The position numbers and the translations under genes were made by a program. The notes under the pieces are model-generated. The model had not been told where the DNA came from and made no database searches. It was given only the letters and a program-made list of their open reading frames with translations. 64,000 nt of DNA, from positions 935 to 64,934 of the forward strand of contig CAYLTG010000001.1 in NCBI GenBank assembly GCA_964386225.1, written 5' to 3'. Of the stretch, positions 8,436 through 14,288 are shown one piece after another (within the stretch, counting starts at the first letter, position 1; every line of letters begins with the position of its first letter). Origin of the DNA: an uncultured Bacteroidales bacterium. Lineage in GTDB: Bacteria > Bacteroidota > Bacteroidia > Bacteroidales > JAADJA01.

Positions 8436-9641
8436 ATGAGAACCGCAGCAACAATGGCCATGATCCTGCTGATATCTTTCGCGGGACAGGCACAGAATAC
8501 CGACAGCAGCAATAATGTATACAGGAACACCGCCGACCGGATGATGGTCAACGACAGCCGGCTCACCCTGGGTGGATACGGGGAGGTGCACTACAACCAA
8601 CCGGTGGGGGGTGCGACGCGCAGCCTGGGGACATTGGACGTCCACCGCGTGGTCCTGCTTTTCGGCTATAAATTCAATGCACGCACCCAATTTGTTACCG
8701 AGATCGAGTTCGAACATGTCAGTGAAGTGTATATTGAGCAGGCCTTCCTGCAGTACAAGATCACCAACGGGATCAGTTTCAGGGGCGGGTTGCTGCTGAT
8801 CCCCATGGGCATCATCAACGAATACCATGAGCCCACCACCTTTCAGGGCGTGGAACGGCCCCTGGTGGACAAGGTCATCGCACCCACCACCTGGCGCGAG
8901 ATCGGGCTGGGATTCAACGGCAACATCTTCCCCGCCTATCTGAAGTACCAGGTCTACCTTGTGAACGGGTTTGCGGGATACGACGGCGAGGCCAACCTGA
9001 ACGGCAGGAACGGACTGCGGGGAGGTCGCCAGAAAGGGGCCGAATCTTTTATCAGCGCGCCCAATCTCACGGGTAAGTTGGAATTCTACGGGGTCCGCGG
9101 CCTGAACGTCGGACTTTCGGGGTACTTCGGGAATACCCAGAGCAACATGTACAAGGGGATCGAAGTGAACGATGCCGAAGGAAAGACCAGGGCCGATTCT
9201 TCCGTGGTGGGCGTTTCCATGGTCGGGATCGATGCCAGGTATTCGATGAAAGGTTTCGAATTGAGGGGGCAGTACTATCACGTCGGCCTGTCGAACACCG
9301 GTCCCTACAACCAATTCACAGCCTCGGAAGAAGGCCCCAACGACCTGGGCAGCCGGATGTCGGGATATTACCTGGAGGCAGGCTACAACGTGTTCAGGCT
9401 GCTCCGTGGCGTGGGCACTGAATTGGTCCCCTTCGTCCGGATTGAGCAATACGATACACATGCCGCAGTGGAGGAGGGCACCACCCGGAATGACGGATAC
9501 AACAACACGATCATCACCACCGGCCTCAGCTGGCGGATGGCGCCGGGGGCTGTCCTCAAGGCTGACATGCAGTTCGTGAAACCCCGGTCGGCCGGCAATT
9601 ACAGCCAGGTATTCAGCGCAGGCCTCGGTTTCATGTTTTGA
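8436..9641 (+). CDS. Outer-membrane porin-like beta-barrel
   Basis: Start at ATG 8436 (MRTAATMAMILLISFAGQAQ signal); the ORF-track start is TTG 8406. It has an amphipathic strand pattern, and the C-terminus GLGFMF ends in an aromatic residue, typical of OM barrels. Confidence 0.7.
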   Translation: MRTAATMAMILLISFAGQAQNTDSSNNVYRNTADRMMVNDSRLTLGGYGEVHYNQPVGGATRSLGTLDVHRVVLLFGYKFNARTQFVTEIEFEHVSEVYIEQAFLQYKITNGISFRGGLLLIPMGIINEYHEPTTFQGVERPLVDKVIAPTTWREIGLGFNGNIFPAYLKYQVYLVNGFAGYDGEANLNGRNGLRGGRQKGAESFISAPNLTGKLEFYGVRGLNVGLSGYFGNTQSNMYKGIEVNDAEGKTRADSSVVGVSMVGIDARYSMKGFELRGQYYHVGLSNTGPYNQFTASEEGPNDLGSRMSGYYLEAGYNVFRLLRGVGTELVPFVRIEQYDTHAAVEEGTTRNDGYNNTIITTGLSWRMAPGAVLKADMQFVKPRSAGNYSQVFSAGLGFMF

Positions 9642-9653
9642 TACGCTAAAGCT

Positions 9654-10265
9654 ATGAACAGGATTGTTTCACTTCTTTTGGTATTGGCCTGGTCGACCTC
9701 GGTACCCGGCCAGCCCGGAATCGACTATGGCCACAAACGCTTGTTCAAGGCCATCGAGCGGGAATGGGGACTCACGGATCCAGCCTTGGAAGAGCAGGCG
9801 GTAGCCGATACTATTCCCCTGGCCGAACCGGTCCAGGGGAAGTTTTTCCGGATCCAGGAAAATGAATACGTAAGCAATGACCATTATATTTTCGTGGGGA
9901 GGGTGAACAGCTGCCGTGCCGGTGGCTGTTCCGTTTCCCTCGACGAGGAATTGTATGGGAATTCGGAGTATTTCGATTATTTCATCCTCTTCGGCCCGGG
10001 CCCCGCGGTGCAGGATGTTCAGGTCTTCAACTACCAGGCATCCTATGGCCAGGAGGTGTCGGCACGCGGTTGGCTGAGGCAATTCCAGGGGTACGACGGT
10101 AAATCCTACCTCCAGGTCGGAAAGGACATCGATGCCATCTCCGGGGCCACCATTTCGGTGTATGCCATTACCCAGGATGTCATCCAGAAAACAAGGCTCC
10201 TCTGCGAAATGACGTGCCCCGGGTGTGCAAAAAAAATCGCCGCTTCCAGCGGAAACGGCGACTGA
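9654..10265 (+). CDS. Secreted FMN-binding-domain protein
   Basis: Signal peptide MNRIVSLLLVLAWSTSVPGQP. The motif DAISGATIS (10131-10157) matches the FMN_bind [ST]GA[TS] flavinylation motif of NqrC/RnfG-type domains. It starts 12 nt after the porin gene. Confidence 0.7.
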   Translation: MNRIVSLLLVLAWSTSVPGQPGIDYGHKRLFKAIEREWGLTDPALEEQAVADTIPLAEPVQGKFFRIQENEYVSNDHYIFVGRVNSCRAGGCSVSLDEELYGNSEYFDYFILFGPGPAVQDVQVFNYQASYGQEVSARGWLRQFQGYDGKSYLQVGKDIDAISGATISVYAITQDVIQKTRLLCEMTCPGCAKKIAASSGNGD

Positions 10266-10280
10266 TATCCGGGGTTCAGC

Positions 10281-10484
10281 TTACTTTTTTTTCGTGGTGC
10301 TCAATCCGAAGGGCAGATAAAGCGGGCAGAAGCTGACCAGGCTTGTGAGCAGGAATACGATGGCCAGGATCAGGAGGATGAGTCCCAGCGTTCCTGTGAT
10401 CACGTTCGTGAAATAGAGGACTGCGATGACCACAGCCAGGATGATGCGTACGATCCGGTCAGTGGATCCCATGTTTGCTTTCAT
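10281..10484 (-). CDS. DUF2892 (YgaP-like transmembrane domain) small membrane protein
   Basis: 67 aa. GSTDRIVRIILAVVI...two TM helices...FCPLY matches the characteristic DUF2892 pattern. Confidence 0.8.
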   Translation of the reverse strand: MKANMGSTDRIVRIILAVVIAVLYFTNVITGTLGLILLILAIVFLLTSLVSFCPLYLPFGLSTTKKK

Positions 10485-10546
10485 AATGAGGTATGATTTA
10501 GTTAATGAATAATTTTGACTCGTGATTTTCTACCCGAAGATAGCAA

Positions 10547-11104
10547 TTATTTCTTGAACTCTTCCAGCGCGACTTCAACAGTCACTTCGATCTCTTCGGC
10601 GATGTTATTGACCACCGTTTTGGGGATCTTGATGTCATGATCGGCGGGTTTGACAATAAATTTGCAATTGCCTTTCACCGCCCCGTCGGTCACGGTGAAA
10701 GTGCCGGACTCCTTGACCTCCCGGTCCACACCATGGATCGTCAGGATCCCTTCCACGATGGCCCGGTATTCTCCGGAAGTTCCGAAATCGATCTGGTCGA
10801 GGTTCGTCACTTTGCCTTTGAAGGTTGCATTGGGGAACTTCTCCGACTCCACGTAGTTCTCGTTGAAATGCTCCTGCATGAGGGCTTTTTCGAACTCGAA
10901 CGAACGCATGAGGACCTTGAAGACGAAATCGCCGGATTCCGAATCCAGGGCGCTGTTCACCTGGCGATTATGAGCTTCGATGGTCTCGATGGGGGTTTCG
11001 GAGTAGAACTTGATATACCCGTTCTTTGTGATGTACTTCTGCGAGAAGCCGGCCAAAAAGAACAGGAGCAGGGCTGCGGTTAGCATTGTTTGTTTCATTT
11101 CCAT
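10547..11104 (-). CDS. YceI-family (polyisoprenoid-binding lipocalin-like) periplasmic protein
   Basis: 185 aa with a signal peptide. The YceI-like core is ...IKFYSETPIETIEA...EHFNENYVESEKFPNATFKG...LTIHGV.... It is a paralog of the gene at 17213-17785. Confidence 0.85.
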   Translation of the reverse strand: MEMKQTMLTAALLLFFLAGFSQKYITKNGYIKFYSETPIETIEAHNRQVNSALDSESGDFVFKVLMRSFEFEKALMQEHFNENYVESEKFPNATFKGKVTNLDQIDFGTSGEYRAIVEGILTIHGVDREVKESGTFTVTDGAVKGNCKFIVKPADHDIKIPKTVVNNIAEEIEVTVEVALEEFKK

Positions 11105-11123
11105 CAGTTTTTTTGGTTAAGGG

Positions 11124-11154
11124 CCGGGAAGGCGGAGATCCCCCGCCTTCCCGG
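11124..11154 (-). other. Perfect 12-bp GC-rich hairpin between the T9SS gene and yceI-like gene
   Basis: CCGGGAAGGCGG (11124-11135) and CCGCCTTCCCGG (11143-11154) flank a 7-nt loop. No U-tract follows on the transcribed strand, so it may be an intra-operon RNA structure or weak terminator. Confidence 0.4.
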
Positions 11155-11159
11155 GTTGC

Positions 11160-12953
11160 CTATAATTTAATGATCGTTTTCGAAATTACCAGCCCGTTGT
11201 CGAGTTTCAGTGAGAGGTAATAGATCCCTGGTATGGCGTCACTCATGTCCACGCTGGCATTTTGCGTTCCGCCCCGCACAGTGAAATTACTGACCATCCT
11301 GCCGGTTGAAGAGTAAAGGCTGGCCTCGGTCACGCGCAGGTCATCCAGTTCGGCCCGCAGGGTGAATTTGTCGGTCACCGGGTTGGGGTACACATGCACC
11401 TGGCTTGCCAGGATGTTCTCCCGGATGCCGGTCAGTGGCCACTGGATGTCCGTGAAATTGGTGTTATGGGTGAAATCCAGCTCGCTGTCGCCGGCCACGC
11501 CGTTCAGTTCAAGCCTCCAGGCATGGTCAGCGGGGGGCGGGTCGTACACGCCGTTGCCGTTATGATCGGCATAGAAGTCCACGAAGTAATCCTCACCCAG
11601 TTCCAGCCCGATGGCAAGGGCGTCATAATCAACGAGCACGATGCTGTCGAGCCGCATCCTGCCGGCCTCCTGCATGGTAGCCTGGTTCACCAGCCGCAGT
11701 TCGAAGAGCTGGCCAAGGTGCGGGGTCATCCCCATGGCATGGAGCGTGAACCGGTACTCCCAGCCGATGTCGGTGAAGTTGGTATTGTGAATGAACTCGT
11801 CGTCCTCATCGCCCTCCACATCGGTGAGCTCCAGCCTCCAGGCATGGTCGGCAGGGGGCGCATCGTACACGCCGTTGCCGTTATGATCGGCCCAGAAATC
11901 CACATAATAGGTTTCCCCGGTGCTGATGAATGGCATATGCACGTCGAACTCCGCCGAGGGGATCGCGTCCACCTTTGCGCGGCCGGCTTCTTTCATGGTG
12001 GCCATGTCCACGAGGCGCACCTCTAATTTTTGCCCGATGTGCGGGGTCATGCCGCTGAACTCCAGCGTGTACATGTGCTTGAAGTTGATCTCCGAGAAGT
12101 TGAGGTTATGCTGGAAATCCACGGCGGAAAATCCCATGAAGTCGTTCACGGTGAGCCTCCAGGCATGGTCGGTGGGGATGCCGTCGTACCATCCGTTGTC
12201 ATTGTGGTCGGCGTAGAAATCGATCCAGTAGCTCTTTCCGTCCTCGGTGTTGGAAAAGGAAATGTCGAAGTCGGGGCCCGGCACCTCATCCAAAGCGAGG
12301 CGTTCCACCTCCGTGAGGTTTTCCTTGTCGATGAGCCTGGCTTCCATCAGCTGGCCCACGTGCGGGGTCATGCCGGTCAGGTTGACGGTGATCCCGGTCT
12401 GTACGCCGGAGGATTCGGCCACCGGAAGGGTGGAGGTGTAGATGACGTCCCCCTGGTTGTTGCCGTTCCCGTTGGCGGCGTTGAAGGCGGCATAGAAGGT
12501 GACCTCGCCGGTGCCTGCTGCGGGGGCGGTCCAGTCGAACGACCAGGATTTGGAATCGCCCGTGGGGGTGGTGCCTGCGTTCTTGTGCGTGATGGCGTTG
12601 TTGCTGTTGATCAGCATGGTCTCGGTCGCATTGGTGACCACCAGGGTGCCGACCTTGCTGGCGCCCGCATCCTCCGAGGTCAGTTCGAACCCGAATTTCC
12701 CGACTCCGGGATGCGTACCCGTGGCGGTGATGGTATAGGTCTGACCCGGCTCATAGCCGTCGGCAGGGATGTCGGAGGTGATCCAGCCCGCCTGCGCCGT
12801 GGCTGTTCCGCTATGACACTGGGTGCAGGTGGTGCCGCCGTCGCCGGGGCTGCCGGTCTTGCCGCCCGGTGAGCCGGAGGAATACATCAATTCGGAGGTC
12901 AGCAGGAAAAACAGGCCCGCCACAGTAAAGAGAAGGTAAATTGCTTTTTTCAT
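11160..12953 (-). CDS. T9SS-sorted surface protein: N-terminal CxxCH domain plus three ~105-aa repeats
   Basis: 597 aa with a signal peptide. GGTTCTQCHSG carries the CxxCH at 12813-12827. Three repeats follow, each with GMTPH[VIL]GQ ... ADHN[GD]NG[VW]YD..P[AT]DHAWRL. The T9SS CTD is VYPNPVTDKFTL...GIYYLSLKL...IKL. Confidence 0.8.
   Translation of the reverse strand: MKKAIYLLFTVAGLFFLLTSELMYSSGSPGGKTGSPGDGGTTCTQCHSGTATAQAGWITSDIPADGYEPGQTYTITATGTHPGVGKFGFELTSEDAGASKVGTLVVTNATETMLINSNNAITHKNAGTTPTGDSKSWSFDWTAPAAGTGEVTFYAAFNAANGNGNNQGDVIYTSTLPVAESSGVQTGITVNLTGMTPHVGQLMEARLIDKENLTEVERLALDEVPGPDFDISFSNTEDGKSYWIDFYADHNDNGWYDGIPTDHAWRLTVNDFMGFSAVDFQHNLNFSEINFKHMYTLEFSGMTPHIGQKLEVRLVDMATMKEAGRAKVDAIPSAEFDVHMPFISTGETYYVDFWADHNGNGVYDAPPADHAWRLELTDVEGDEDDEFIHNTNFTDIGWEYRFTLHAMGMTPHLGQLFELRLVNQATMQEAGRMRLDSIVLVDYDALAIGLELGEDYFVDFYADHNGNGVYDPPPADHAWRLELNGVAGDSELDFTHNTNFTDIQWPLTGIRENILASQVHVYPNPVTDKFTLRAELDDLRVTEASLYSSTGRMVSNFTVRGGTQNASVDMSDAIPGIYYLSLKLDNGLVISKTIIKL
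11433..12392 (-). repeat. Three tandem intragenic coding repeats (~315 nt each)
   Basis: Protein repeats span roughly aa 188-294, 295-400 and 401-507. Repeats 2 and 3 share an identical 29-nt stretch, TCGTACACGCCGTTGCCGTTATGATCGGC (11863-11891 and 11542-11570). Confidence 0.8.
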
Positions 12954-12972
12954 ATCAGTAGAATTTTAGTTG

Positions 12973-13410
12973 TTATTCATTGACGATCGAACATTTCTCC
13001 AGGATCACATCCGTACCATTGAACCCTGTGCAATAACCCTTGAGGGTGGCGCTCGCATCCTTTAAAAGGGCGCTGGCCGCCCGGCTGTGGTTGTCGAGCA
13101 TGGTCAGCCGGATCCCTTCGTCCCCGAACATCCCTTCGCTCAACGCAAAGACCACGATGGTGAGGGAGTCGGGCGTTTCCACGGCTGTTACCCGGCCGGT
13201 CACCTGGAGCACTTTCCCGTTGTAGGTGTTTTCTGCCTCCTTCCGGTTGCCGGTGTAGTGGGAGAACAGCTCCTCGGCCGTGATGCGGTACTCCGCCTCC
13301 GCCTTTTCATAGTCGGTGTGTGGCTTGTTGTACACGAAAACATATCCCAGAATGCCTGCTGCGATCCCGAGGAATACCAGTACTGCGATGATCTTGATCC
13401 ACTTGTTCAT
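12973..13410 (-). CDS. Membrane-anchored OB-fold protein (tRNA_anti-like family pattern)
   Basis: MNKWIKIIAVLVFLGIAAGILGYVFVYNKP is an N-terminal TM anchor. It is followed by ...AEELFSHYTGNRKEAENTYNGKVLQVTGRV.... An alternative upstream ATG lies at 13431. Confidence 0.7.
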   Translation of the reverse strand: MNKWIKIIAVLVFLGIAAGILGYVFVYNKPHTDYEKAEAEYRITAEELFSHYTGNRKEAENTYNGKVLQVTGRVTAVETPDSLTIVVFALSEGMFGDEGIRLTMLDNHSRAASALLKDASATLKGYCTGFNGTDVILEKCSIVNE

Positions 13411-13473
13411 GGCATGGTCGATTTGTTCCATGCAAAGGAACGTGAATGCGACAGGGTGCGGAAATAAAACTCC

Positions 13474-13506
13474 GTGAACGGGAATTATGGAATGGTGAAC
13501 GGGAAT
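13474..13506 (-). promoter_or_regulatory. Candidate LytTR operator: ATTCCCGTTCAC x2, 21-bp period
   Basis: Exact 12-mer copies lie at 13495-13506 and 13474-13485 (read on the minus strand) with a 9-bp spacer. They sit between the LytTR regulator gene and the downstream gene. I confirmed the sequence against the ORF-track translation ...YSRSPFHNSRSR.... Confidence 0.55.
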
Positions 13507-13524
13507 ATGTGAGCAATTGCCGTG

Positions 13525-14283
13525 TCAGCCGGCCTGTCCGTCAAGCCATTTCTTGAAGCTTCCCGAGCGCTCTGTGCTGGCTACGGTCTCGAAATCGCAG
13601 GGCGGATCCAGCTCGACCTTCACCCGCGATTTGGACCAGGCGTACATCTCCCTGATCGCGCGGATGTTGATGATGATCTGCCTGTTGATGCGGTAGTAAC
13701 GCTCCGGGTCAAGCATGCCCTCCAGACGGTCGAGGCTGTGGTCCGATGGGTATTCCATGCCGTCGAAGGTCTTGAAGAAATTGTTTCCCTCCAGGGTATA
13801 GAAATAGGCGATCTCATCCGTCGGTACCACCTTGATCTTCTGTCCGTAGCGCACCATGAACCGCTTCTGGTAGCTGCGGGGCGTCAGGACCCCCGCCAGG
13901 GCCCCGTAATCGGGCTTCCTGTCCTGCTGCGAGATCCTTTTCAGTTTATCCAGGCTGGCCTTCAACTGGTCGCGCGACACCGGCTTCAGCAGGTAGTCGA
14001 TGCTGTTCACCCGGAAGGCATCGATGGCGTACTGGTCGTATGCCGTGGTGAAGATCACGGGGATATCCATGTGGACGGCCCTGTATATCTCGAAGCAGCT
14101 GCCATCGGCCAGGTGGATGTCCTGGAAGATCAGGTCGGGGTGGGGGTGGGAGGTCAGCCAGGCGATGCTGGATTCGACGCTGTCAAGGATCTCCACCACC
14201 TCGATGCCGGGATCCAGTTCGCCGATCAGTTTTTGCAGCCGCTGGGCCGTGGCGTGTTCGTCTTCGATGATGAGCGCTTTCAT
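13525..14283 (-). CDS. LytTR-family two-component response regulator
   Basis: The receiver is MKALIIEDE...DLIFQDIHLADG.... The C-terminal LytTR DNA-binding domain is ...IKVVPTDEIAYFYTLEGNNFF...YYRINRQIIINI.... I prefer ATG 14283 over the ORF-track TTG 14292. Confidence 0.9.
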   Translation of the reverse strand: MKALIIEDEHATAQRLQKLIGELDPGIEVVEILDSVESSIAWLTSHPHPDLIFQDIHLADGSCFEIYRAVHMDIPVIFTTAYDQYAIDAFRVNSIDYLLKPVSRDQLKASLDKLKRISQQDRKPDYGALAGVLTPRSYQKRFMVRYGQKIKVVPTDEIAYFYTLEGNNFFKTFDGMEYPSDHSLDRLEGMLDPERYYRINRQIIINIRAIREMYAWSKSRVKVELDPPCDFETVASTERSGSFKKWLDGQAG

Positions 14284-14288
14284 GAAAT

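Noticed and set aside
8961-8969. GTGAACGGG, a 9-nt match to the LytTR-box core, inside the porin gene.
   Set aside because: It is a coding sequence (LVNGF codons), only 9 nt long and unpaired. That is within chance expectation for a 9-mer in 64 kb.
8409-9461. This 350-aa ORF, and similar long antisense ORFs at 13522-14643, 22102-22992, 55742-57070, 57998-58972 and 59900-61228.
   Set aside because: Each mirrors a confidently identified gene on the other strand. I treat them as composition artefacts, not overlapping genes.
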